Shown one piece after another: positions 1-12,394 of a stretch of DNA of 39,680 nt. The translations under genes were made by a program, and so were the position numbers. The notes below the pieces were generated by a model. That model was not told the DNA's origin. It ran no database searches and saw only the letters and a program-made list of their open reading frames with translations. The DNA is from Welwitschia mirabilis (lineage: Eukaryota). Within the stretch, counting starts at the first letter, position 1. Each line of letters starts with the position of its first letter. The stretch spans positions 20,040,684-20,080,363 of the forward strand of contig JBOZIK010000001.1 in the NCBI GenBank assembly GCA_051453625.1, read 5' to 3'.

Positions 1-21
1 TACTTTAGGACTGCCAGGGAG

Positions 22-104
22 GTGGGATGTCCCGGTTTACAGGTGGGACGTCCTGGGTTCACAGTGGGACATCCCGGCTTCACAGTGAGACATCCCGGGT
101 GCAC
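22..104 (+). repeat. Four 21-bp tandem GTGGGACRTCCYGG repeats
   Basis: Units start at 22, 43, 64 and 85. Confidence 0.85.
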
Positions 105-349
105 ATTTTCTCAGATTTTCACCTCTTAACCTTGATCGTTCTAGAGTCCCATTGCTTAGTGACATCATTGAAAATCTTCATTTTCCCAACATCTGCGACC
201 ATAAACTTCAAATTGCATTCTCCTCCTACCTAACTTGCCCAAGAGGAGGATGTCTATGTGTTTGATTTGTCTCTCACCTTCTCCTACTTGGCCTTCCATG
301 CGCAACATTACTTCTTGGTACACCTTCTTCCTTTTTTTTTTCCTTCTTC

Positions 350-390
350 TTGTTGTTGTTGTTGTTGTTGTTGTTGCTGTTGCTGCCGCT
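350..390 (+). repeat. (TTG)n microsatellite grading into (CTG)n
   Basis: Direct inspection. Confidence 0.9.
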
Positions 391-1331
391 GCAATTTCAA
401 CATTCAATGTTTCTACCATGCAATTCTCCTCTACCCTTGCTTCTTCCCTTGCTCTGGTCAAACCCCCTGCTCCTACCACTACTGTCAACCACAAAGGCAC
501 TTTCTATGGAGTGTATCTCTGGCATTATGTTTTCTGCATCCTAAAGGGTGGAGACCACTTGGTTAAACATCATGCCTATAATCCTCATAGATGTAGTAAT
601 GGATGTTATGCTTATAATCATCTCCTATAATAAAACCCCTGGCTTCATCATCCCTCTAAAGACCTTTATCTAAACATGAAATGTTTCAACCTAGAAGCTT
701 TAGCTGAACTATTTTTCAGTTTTTCCTAGAAAGCATAAGGGGTGTCAATTAGCCATTCTAATATCACTGATTGCTATGATTGCATAAAAAGGGGGATTTA
801 AAATGAAAATAAGGATGAAAATCAGTCAACAGATTGTTAATCATAAATATTTTAAAAAAGATATAAGCATGCTTCTCTATATTATATTATGAATACGTGT
901 ATTTTTTAGTAGCCTCTCTAGGAAGCAAGTTTTACTATTATAGATTTTGTTGTCAAGCAAATTCACCTCCTCAATGTATTTCTAATCTCTAACAAAGGCA
1001 ACATTGTATCTAACACACAAATGTACCTTCTTTAAGGGAAGTGTTCCATTGAAGTTGGCCTAGGCTCACAAATTATCACTTCATCAAAATCATAAAACAA
1101 GCAGCTAGAACATATAATCCCTGGTAGATTTAATTGCAGTAATGTTGATGGAAATAATAAGATAAAAAGGAATCAATAATATAAATCCCATTTTAGTTTC
1201 AATATTGATACATTAAAATTTAAAACAAGCAAGATCAAAACCACTTTATGAAATCCACTAGGATGATAAAACAAGCAAAACATGAATTTTTGCTTAAAAA
1301 CAAAAAGCAGATATGGAGGCATCTTCCTTAC

Positions 1332-1385
1332 ATTGGGAAAATGTTGGACATACACGACCTGTCCTGGCATCATCTGTTGTGAATA
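1332..1385 (-). CDS. ATXN2: Ataxin-2-like coding exon 11
   Basis: GAAG|YSQQMMPGQVVYVQHFPN|GTAAGG; resembles the YxQQM..GQ..VY motif of plant ataxin-2 proteins. Confidence 0.72.
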
Positions 1386-4300
1386 CTTCATCAAGATAAA
1401 ATAAAAACATAAGAAGATTACAAAATAAACAAGTCTCTCATTATTCTAGTGTATTTTAAACCTTCAAAATATAAAGTGAGGTTTCAAGCAAAATGTCAGA
1501 ACTCATGAAATTTGAAATTTCTATAAACGATAATGTTCCCACCAGTTGGTTACTTGGATGTAGATAACCAGGAGCCTGGTTCAATGCAGAGGCGTGTGAG
1601 GCATGTCTGACTGGTGTTTGTGTCACAAATGAATTCCCAATAATCTGCAAAACAAGTTGCAATGGTTTGTTCAGTCCCCCGATTGTTTGAGGTAGCAGAT
1701 TCCGAGAAGTAATTACTAGTGACGCATATAATCTTATTCCCCAAAAAAAGGATCAAAATATGTTCAAATCATGAACCTAACTCCATGCCAATAAGTGAGT
1801 AACATCATCTTTTGGATGCAAATGTTATATGTGTGTATTTATGATGAATGCACAACTGTTAAAAAAGCTGAACAAGTGGTCTTAAAGGCATTTGATTGCT
1901 TTGAGCTTGCAGTGTTCTCAAGCTACACATTGAATTTTAACAGCACCAATTTTAACTTACTTTTAATTGTGAAATCTTTATTTCCAACCATTTGAATTTC
2001 ATCTAGTGGTACTGCAGGGCGTGCCATTCCCTCTGAATCCCTTTATTTTCTTTGCCATCAAGATCACAAAATAAATAAATATTGTGAAAAGTTAAAACGA
2101 TCAACTGAGAGAAGACGGGATTTTGGGATTTCTGCATCAATGATGTTCAGCTCCAACTTAGAGAATTGTCTTTTTGTCAATTTCAAAATCCAGAATTTCA
2201 CAAAAGATCCTCCATGATGTTAATATTCATTACTATCTTACATGAATCTAATTTAGGAAACAGACTGAAACAAAAACAAGTAACCCTGAATAATGCAAAA
2301 AGACATTGAAACGTAATAACAATAACATGAGTACTGGATTATATGACATATTTGGTATACTGCTCTGTCAGATTGACATCAACAGTTTAAAAGACTGCTC
2401 AAGTGTGGGCTTACACATGCGGCAAAAGAGAGTAACATTAGGAGGATATGGATGTGAAAAGAGGAATCCAGAGAGGTTGTGAACAGCTATTATCAAAAAT
2501 CATGGTTCGAAATGCTATTTAAATCAATGAGATCTAGTTAAAAGATGTGAACTAATGAAACATACTTCAACATTCTCCGTAAAGAATGTGAACCGATGAA
2601 ACATTTACTGCTGGAATCACAGATAGGTTGCTTTATATCTACAATAGAGCAAAATCATAAGAAAAGAAGCAAGTAGCAATAAGCAAGATAGACAATGTTC
2701 AACCCCTACACATATCTGAAAAGACAGGATGGTTGAATGGGATTTATTAGCTTCACCACTAACTACCATTACAAAGGATATNNNNNNNNNNNNNNNNNNN
2801 NNNNNNNNNNNNNNNNNNNNNNNNNNNNNNNNNNNNNNNNNNNNNNNNNNNNNNNNNNNNNNNNNNNNNNNNNNNNNNNNNNNNNNNNNNNNNNNNNNNN
2901 NNNNNNNNNNNNNNNNNNNNNNNNNNNNNNNNNNNNNNNNNNNNNNNNNNNNNNNNNNNNNNNNNNNNNNNNNNNNNNNNNNNNNNNNNNNNNNNNNNNN
3001 NNNNNNNNNNNNNNNNNNNNNNNNNNNNNNNNNNNNNNNNNNNNNNNNNNNNNNNNNNNNNNNNNNNNNNNNNNNNNNNNNNNNNNNNNNNNNNNNNNNN
3101 NNNNNNNNNNNNNNNNNNNNNNNNNNNNNNNNNNNNNNNNNNNNNNNNNNNNNNNNNNNNNNNNNNNNNNNNNNNNNNNNNNNNNNNNNNNNNNNNNNNN
3201 NNNNNNNNNNNNNNNNNNNNNNNNNNNNNNNNNNNNNNNNNNNNNNNNNNNNNNNNNNNNNNNNNNNNNNNNNNNNNNNNNNNNNNNNNNNNNNNNNNNN
3301 NNNNNNNNNNNNNNNNNNNNNNNNNNNNNNNNNNNNNNNNNNNNNNNNNNNNNNNNNNNNNNNNNNNNNNNNNNNNNNNNNNNNNNNNNNNNNNNNNNNN
3401 NNNNNNNNNNNNNNNNNNNNNNNNNNNNNNNNNNNNNNNNNNNNNNNNNNNNNNNNNNNNNNNNNNNNNNNNNNNNNNNNNNNNNNNNNNNNNNNNNNNN
3501 NNNNNNNNNNNNNNNNNNNNNNNNNNNNNNNNNNNNNNNNNNNNNNNNNNNNNNNNNNNNNNNNNAACAACAATTTTAATAATGATTCAGGATAAGAAGA
3601 TAGTCAAGAACCAAGGCTATTTCAGACCTTTGTCACCAAATTTCAAAGATTTGCCAGGTTCACATTAAACATTGCAATTAACCTTTTCTAGAAACATGAT
3701 TAAAAAAATAAGACTGAAGAATGATGATATGAGCCTTAAATGTTTAGATTCATTTACAGTTGATGTACAGGATTAGCCTTCTGGTAGATGAATACTTGCA
3801 TTGTGTACTTAATTTAGACCAAGCTAATCATACTTTTCTCTATTAGCTTGATGTACAATCAAACCCTTAAATGGTGCATCAATACTCTCCCACTATCCTA
3901 AATAAGCCAAATAAACCAACATGGATGCTCTTCAACCGTTTCCATTAAACATCACCAACTTCCAACAAAATACAAATTGTCCAAATACATGCTCATGTGC
4001 CTCATCAAGATTACTACTGATCCATTCACCTGATTGTTTATTAATTAAAAAAGATGACTCTAGTAGCATTTCCAAAGATTTCCACTACAAGGCCAATGAG
4101 ATCTCGTTATTCCAGATTGCCCCAGATTGCAATTTGGATCCGCATTTCACAACTACACTTTCTCATTTCCAGAGCATCAACACAATCCTTTTGCAAAGAA
4201 TATCCTTCATCATGATGCACCAAATGTTTCAGCTTTGATCAACAAGTCGATCTCTTGTCTATAATCACTCCATTTTGATGTAGATGAAGACTACCCTAAG

Positions 4301-5607
4301 CCAATACCATTACTGTGAGATCAGCAAGCCTTTCAACAAAGCATTTGGTACATCACAGAAAAAAGGAAAAGAAAGGGGAAAAATAAAAAGAAAATCATCC
4401 TCGCTCTACTCTATGTGGCTCTACTAGGCTACAAGTCATTCAATTCATTTTAAAGCTCACTATGCTCCATTGCACTTCACTCCACTTCATGTGGATAAAC
4501 GCCAACCTCCACTACCACCAATTCTTCAAAAATGACATCAAAAAACAGATAGACAACTAATGGAGTTTTTGTCAGCCCTGTTCAGTTGTACATTTCCATC
4601 TTCAAATATTTCTCCCGAGTGTCGCATCCAATGAAGTCAAGAGGTTAGAGNNNNNNNNNNNNNNNNNNNNNNNNNNNNNNNNNNNNNNNNNNNNNNNNNN
4701 NNNNNNNNNNNNNNNNNNNNNNNNNNNNNNNNNNNNNNNNNNNNNNNNNNNNNNNNNNNNNNNNNNNNNNNNNNNNNNNNNNNNNNNNNNNNNNNNNNNN
4801 NNNNNNNNNNNNNNNNNNNNNNNNNNNNNNNNNNNNNNNNNNNNNNNNNNNNNNNNNNNNNNNNNNNNNNNNNNNNNNNNNNNNNNNNNNNNNNNNNNNN
4901 NNNNNNNNNNNNNNNNNNNNNNNNNNNNNNNNNNNNNNNNNNNNNNNNNNNNNNNNNNNNNNNNNNNNNNNNNNNNNNNNNNNNNNNNNNNNNNNNNNNN
5001 NNNNNNNNNNNNNNNNNNNNNNNNNNNNNNNNNNNNNNNNNNNNNNNNNNNNNNNNNNNNNNNNNNNNNNNNNNNNNNNNNNNNNNNNNNNNNNNNNNNN
5101 NNNNNNNNNNNNNNNNNNNNNNNNNNNNNNNNNNNNNNNNNNNNNNNNNNNNNNNNNNNNNNNNNNNNNNNNNNNNNNNNNNNNNNNNNNNNNNNNNNNN
5201 NNNNNNNNNNNNNNNNNNNNNNNNNNNNNNNNNNNNNNNNNNNNNNNNNNNNNNNNNNNNNNNNNNNNNNNNNNNNNNNNNNNNNNNNNNNNNNNNNNNN
5301 NNNNNNNNNNNNNNNNNNNNNNNNNNNNNNNNNNNNNNNNNNNNNNNNNNNNNNNNNNNNNNNNNNNNNNNNNNNNNNNNNNNNNNNNNNNNNNNNNNNN
5401 NNNNNNNNNNNNNNNNNNNNNNNNNNNNNNNNNNNNNNNNNNNNNNNNNNNNNNNNNNNNNNNNNNNNNNNNNNNNNNNNNNNNNNNNNNNNNNNNNNNN
5501 NNNNNNNNNNNNNNNNNNNNNNNNNNNNNNNNNNNNNNNNNNNNNNNNNNNNNNNTTCCATCTTCAAATATTTCTCCCGAGTGTCGCAGCCAATGAAGTC
5601 ACGAGTT

Positions 5608-5651
<44 letters not shown>

Positions 5652-8600
5652 TCAATGCTACAAAAATGTTAGATCATAAAAATAAGAAATAACTATGCAG
5701 CCTACTATGCAGGTCACTAAGAGTTTCTAGTTAGCTGTCACCCACCTAGTGTCAAACCATGTATCAACACAAACAATTAGTACATCAACACTCAATTTGA
5801 GAATCATCAACAGAAAATTTATTTAAACCAAATATTTGTAATACGACTTACATTGAGTGGTGGAACACAACTTACATTGAGTGGTGGAACACGAGAGTGT
5901 CAACCCAACTAACAAGTAAAGGTAAAGGGTCTCATTTCCATTTCCCCTTCTCAATGGCTCTTTGTCCTTCCCAAATACCTCTGTCACGTTGTTTATGAAT
6001 CCAAAACGTCCCTTGGGCAAGGACAAGGCCCTTGCTTTATAGCTTTTCGAATAAGTTAGAAGGATGCAAAGTTGGTTAACATAGAACTGCTACGATCGCT
6101 ACATGAGTCATTGGACAACTTGTAAGTAGTAACCATTTCAACCTGTAACACTAGAAGGTGTTGTTGGCTTTTCACTAGGTGATGGTATGTGCTGACAGTT
6201 TCAGCCTATAACAATAGAAGGGGTCGCTATGTCGTTTCTGAGTCATCGTTGGGCAATGTTGTTGCTGCAATTTCATCGCTAGGCAATTGAACGTAGTGAT
6301 TGTTTCATCAGTGCCCAATTTTTTGCATTCCTTGAGTTCAATCATGATTTGACCTTATCATGTCTTCTTTCGAAACCTGTAATCTCATAGAACACTTGAA
6401 AATTCCACCATTAGTACCTCTATAATCCTCTTTTTTTATATCTTTCATAGCCCCGACCAGGCCCTTAATAGTCCCTAGTAAGAAAGGCCGCTTATAATGA
6501 AAGAGGTTCGTGGGACAAGGGTGCAAAATCAAAATAAGGTAACAAAGCAAGGAATATCATATTGCATTAATGTAAGTCATATTTTACAAAACAAAATACA
6601 AAATCTTTTATTTTCAACCAGCTTACCATATACATGAAAGCTACCATGTCTAAGAAAGGTTGTCTAAGAGTGTGAAACTCTATAACGGAATCAAGACATG
6701 GTTGTTGAAAAGGATATCCTTTATATGTATGGAGGCATGATGGAAATCATGAAGTGACATACTAGTGATAGATAGCAAGTTGACTCTTCCTCTAGATGGT
6801 AAGATTGATGTAGTGATAACTTTGAAATAAATCATATTAATAGTACATTACCTTGATAATTATTTGGCATCTCAAGCAACTTAAATGAACTGAACTACAT
6901 GAAGGTTTGATAGTGTTGGCCCCATTACCATCACACCAAAGCCCATGACTTAGGTGGAAACTCGAACCCTTTATATTTACCCACTTGTTAGGCTGGGCAT
7001 GGGGAGTGCATACCCAACAATCTTCAATCGATCCACATGCCAAGTTCTTACATGAACCAGGAAGACACTAAGGAGATTCAAACCTAAAACCAAGCCAAAC
7101 TATAGCTCTAATACCAATTGTTGGCCCCATTACCATCACACCAAAAACCATGACTTAGATGGAAACTTGAACCCTTTATATTTACCCACTTGTTGGGCTG
7201 GACATTGGGAGCACATACCCAACAGATAGAAGGAGAGAGACAACAACTCATAGACAAAACGATTCAAACAGTAGACAATGAGAATTTAATTGGAAGTTAG
7301 GAGTCGATCAAATCAAGAATTTTACAAAGACTAGCACTACTCTAGATCTTGACAGGTTCAAACATAAATATAAGGACTACGTTTAGACAACATTATGACA
7401 TACAAAAGCTTCCAACTGAAGACAGTACACCAAACTAGGGAAAGAACTATCTAGAAACCTTGTACGAAGTGGACCTAATTTTTGATATACAAATAAAGAG
7501 AAGGGATAGAACTTGCTCTTCCTAGAATTGATAAAAGAAAACCAACTTGTAATAAAGCATTTCACGTTGTTAAGACAATTTTCAAAGGTAAATGCCAAAC
7601 TAAGATCACACCATTGTCAATTTCATGAAGTTTCATTTACCCATTGAGTCAAATTTGGAATGTTCAAAGGCCAGTAATCAGTTTTAGGGCAACAATTTTA
7701 GGCTATCATGTGTTAGGCATGTTTCTAACCACTATGCCCTCGGTGAAGGACAGACTTCAACAACATGCATTGGAATTCCCCAAAACGGAGTCAAACCACA
7801 TCACAAAATCCATAGATAATGTGGGTTGGGAACCCATCTGTTAAGCACCTACTCGCATTAGCATGGCATTCGCAAGACACAGCTGTTGCCCAAGAGACAT
7901 GTTATTTGGTGCTTCAAAGGCTATAACCACGTGCGAGCTTAGCATACCTTTAAGACGGTATGTTCCAGATGATGTTGCTCTCCCCTCCTTTTTTCTTTTC
8001 CTCTTTTTTTTTCTTTTAATAAATAGATGGATGACTCTAACTCAATGTGGATACTACATGAGATCAAATTAGATCTATGAAATTAAGTGGATTGAATCTA
8101 AGAAGCTTAGACATGAGAAAAATATTTGTTAACATGTGAAAAGTAAATGAAAGTTGATCCTCCTTAACATGATTTGGAGAAACATTCCTCATTTACCTAC
8201 TCAATATCACTATTATTAGATATTTAGGTGATCACAATGTGCTCCCCTTCTTGCAAAGGGTCTATTGAAAGTAGTTCTTCCACAGGTTCGAGTCGTGCCT
8301 TAGAAGGTCACTTTTGAAATAAAGCTTTAAAAGTTGCCTATTAATATGGAAGATTTCACACGTAGTGGTATCTTGGATGCAAATGGACCCATTAGGTTGA
8401 ATTTTCACAATACGACAAGGGTTGAACTATCTAAACACAAGCTTATTATGGCATACTAACCTTAGTGTTGAAGAGAATTACTAATTGATCAAGTTCAAAA
8501 TGTTTGGATTGGATATGTTCATTGTGATAATATTTCGCTTGCACTTTGGTGATAAACTTACAAGTAATAGCTTGTGTTCTTTTCACCCCGGGATATTAGA

Positions 8601-11600
8601 TTTGGAGGAGGCAAGTATAGAGATTAAATTCTTGATTCGTTAAGTTCCACATATGGCAAGTCTAAAAAGAATGATCAGCAATATTAGCGAGACATACATA
8701 AAATTTGCCATCAAGTCGTTCATAAGGACAGAAGCCAAAGAACTATGCCAAGTTGTTATGTAAGACCTAAGAACATAATCAAGCTTCAAAGCCCAATTCA
8801 TACAAGAGGAGCTACCAATTTCTTGAAGAAAGACTTTGTGTTGCAATGGAGTCAAAAAATTCTATGTGAGTCCACGCAAAGGCTTGAAGCTTCTTGGTTA
8901 ACACATCAATTACTCGAGCTTCTTCATGTTGAGATAAAGTTGATGATATAATGAGAGGTCTTTGAGGGTTCTTGTGGATGAATATGTACTTCATATGGGG
9001 AGGTAAATCTTTCAAAGTTAGCTAATTGGTTTGAAGTTCCAACCCTCCTTCTGATAGGAGGTTAATTGGTTGTTGCAAAATTCTCCTTCTTTCCAAATTA
9101 AAAAATCGTTCTTCCTCCCATTGTGAGTCCTCAACAGTTTCTCTTAATTGGTCTTCATTTAATTGGCATGGGTTGGAGGAATTCAAGAAGGATTGAATCA
9201 AGTGAAAAACTGAAAATCATGATGGAAGAGACTAGAAGGGGATGAATTGGAATTATTTAAGATAATGATTTCTTAAGTAGTACAGGTGAAGACAAGCTTG
9301 AAATCTTGAACCATTGAGTCCACTACGTCAAAAATTTTATCAATCGCTTCAGCGTACTCTGCTGCATCAAAGACCCTAATGTTAAATTTTTAAACTCTAA
9401 TGGCTAAAATCATTGTTCCAGTTCGAGTGTTAACGATCCAATAGGTTGTTGCGCAAAAGGCTCTTCCTAAAATTAGAGGATATCCACCTTCCTTAGCTAC
9501 CTCAAGGACTACAAAGTCAGCTGGATAAAAACCATTATCAATTTGGAGAACAAGATCCTTGATAATGCCTAATGGTTTAGCACTTGAAGTATCAACCAAT
9601 TCAAGAATAATATTAGTGGGTTGTGTCCTTCCTTCAAGTTGCAAATGTTTAGCAATGTGAAGGGGCATGACGTTCACATTTACTCCTAAATCAATAAGGC
9701 ATTTCCTTACCTTCTTGCTTTCCTCCAAAATTACACTTATTATAGCCTCCCGAGTCATTACAATCAGGAGGCTTATTGGCTAGGAAGAATGTTGTGCCTT
9801 GGGCCATAAAGACCTTCTTTGGCATAGCTCTATTCTTCTTCCTAATCACTAAGTCTCTCCATACATTGGCGTATTGCTTGCTCTCTTGGAGATTCTTCCA
9901 AAGTGATAGGTTGATGTTGATCCCCTTCATCAATTTCCTCCAATATTCGTCATACACCAAAGCGGGTTTCAATCACTTCATCCAGGGTGTTGGTTCGTCT
10001 TGTACTTTCCCCTTCCCATTCTCAAAAGATATGGATGTGCTCAGTTGACCAGTTGGCATGTTAGGGGTAACCTCCTCCACATCATCTTCATTCTTTTCTT
10101 CATCAAAAGTTTGATAAGTTCAAGCATTTGTATCAGTACCTTGGTGTGTCACTACTTTATAGTGCTTCACGTTGTCCTTGTTGGCATAAGGTGGGGTAGG
10201 AATGATGCCTTGCTTTTGTTGATCACAAAGGATGGTCTGTTGCAAAATACTTATCGTCATCTCCATGTTTTTGATGGTTTCTTGATTTTGCTTCACCAGG
10301 TTTTCTCTTGCTTTCGTTGATCACAAAGGATAGTTTGTTGCAAAATACTTATCATCTTCTCCATGTTTTCATTGGTTTCTTGATTTTACTTCACCAGGTT
10401 TTCTAGAGTAACTTTCAACATGTCCTACTCAAATGAATTATGTGAATTGCCTCTTGAGTAATAAGGTGTTGAATTGTTGTAAGGTAACCTTAGAGGATTA
10501 TTAGGAAAATTTTGAAATTAAGCATTAAAGGTCTTCTTAAAGTCCCCTGCTAGTGACAGATTTGTTTGAGCACTAAAGACAAACACTTCCTCATAAATGA
10601 TCTCCTTACATGTTGATAATGTAGAGCATTATTCAATTATGTGTCCATTCTCTTCGCAAAGACAACAAGAAGCAACAAGCATTTTGGATGTCGAAGGCTT
10701 GTCATGATCCCTCACCACTTTCAAACCTGTAAGGTTTGAAGACACTTCTTTCAAGGTTGAACTGAAAGTTCCAATTAAAGATGCAACATCAAACGTGGAT
10801 GAAGTGGAGGGTGAGGAGTCCATAACTTTAACATCTTTCAGTAGTTCCCTCATTGTTTTATTTTTAGATCTTGATATAGTGGGGGGCCAAGGTTTGCCCG
10901 TTTTACATATTTGTTCTTACTTTTTCCCAAGCATTTATGAGGTCCTTGTCTAACATGTTTCCCCAGCTAGCAAAGTCAACCATTTGTCTAATATGCCAGT
11001 GTAATCCTTCAAGGAAGTAATCGATAACCTGATAGGTTCAGAATTCGTTACACAGGTTTTGAGTAACAAAGCCAATGGAGCGTTCAAAGGTTGTGCAAAA
11101 ATCCTCCTCATACTTTTGTTTAAATCCACTTACTTGCTTTCGTAACTCCTGAATTGGCTCGTCATGTACCTTCCTAGAAACGTTGTGCACATATCATCCC
11201 AAGAGCTGATACTGTGGTTGCGTAATGAATTGAACCAAATCTTAGCTTTCTCTCTACGAGTTAAAGGCAATGCTTTCAGAAAGGTGCTATTGGTTACATT
11301 TTTCCCTACAGCTTTTGCTAGTTGTTCAATTTCTATTAGATGGCTATAGGCATCCTCATGATCATGTCCACAGAAAACTGGATAGATAAACAAGTTTTGA
11401 ATTTCGACATCCTCTCCATCTGGCAATTAAATGGGATTGTTTGAGCTATTCTTACGATTTAAATGCAGATCAATTAGGGAGGCGGTTGGACTATTAGGAG
11501 TGCCCATCAAGGTATTTAAAGATGACCCTTGTTGAGAAAGAGGCAGAAAAGTAGAGGCGTCTCAAGTTCCCTTGCCCAATCTATGAGATGTGAAATGTTA

Positions 11601-12354
11601 AGAACTAGTAGGGACTTCTTCGTTTTCCGAATCAAATTCAGGAGGAGGGTGAGTTTCAGACGATTCACAAATGGAGGGGTCTCGTTGTGTTTTGTGTCGC
11701 TATTGAAACAGCCCTTCTCTGATGTATCTCTGATTAATTTCAAATCATTGTTTGGTCCTTAAGGCATATCAAGTTATGAAAAGATGTGCCTATTGCAATG
11801 TTAGATAAAACCACACAACAAAAACCAACACACATTATCTATTCAATGCAAGGTGTAGGAGTACACAAGGCCTCAAATCACTAGGATCATATAGGAGAAG
11901 TCTCTCAAACTTCCACTAGACACATGGTGTAGGAGCACACAAGGCCTCAAATCACCAAGATCATCCAAAGTGGTGTTGAAAAGAGGTTCAAACACAAGGT
12001 GTAGGAGAACACAAGATCTCAATCACCAAAATTGCACTAGTGAGTATTATTCAAAATCAGAATATAAAAACAATGCAACAAAAAGAAAACTCTGGAAGGA
12101 TAGAGTAATCAAACTCAAGAGAGTTTGCAGACCAATCCCTTCCTTTATTCACTACAATGTTCACCAAAGCACAAACAAGTAGAAGAAATCTCACCTTGTT
12201 GGTAGCTCTGGCTAAAGGTCTTCTTCTCTAAGGAAGACATGCTTGGCTTCCCCGACAACAGCTCCAAAATGTTGATGGAGTTTTTGTTAGCCCTGTTCAG
12301 TTCTGCATTTCCATCTCCACATATTTCTCCCAAGCATCGTATCTAGTGTGAGAA

Positions 12355-12394
<40 letters not shown>

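Noticed and set aside
165..630. Overlapping ORFs with poly-T/V/C/L runs
   Set aside because: Products of the (TTG)n microsatellite and pyrimidine tracts; no recognisable domain.
2617..3595. Long ORFs spanning N runs (also 4602-5567, 20119-21042 and 32333-33021)
   Set aside because: Artefacts of assembly gaps.
3600..4330. Possible decayed LINE fragment
   Set aside because: Only a vague resemblance; no motif I could read with confidence.
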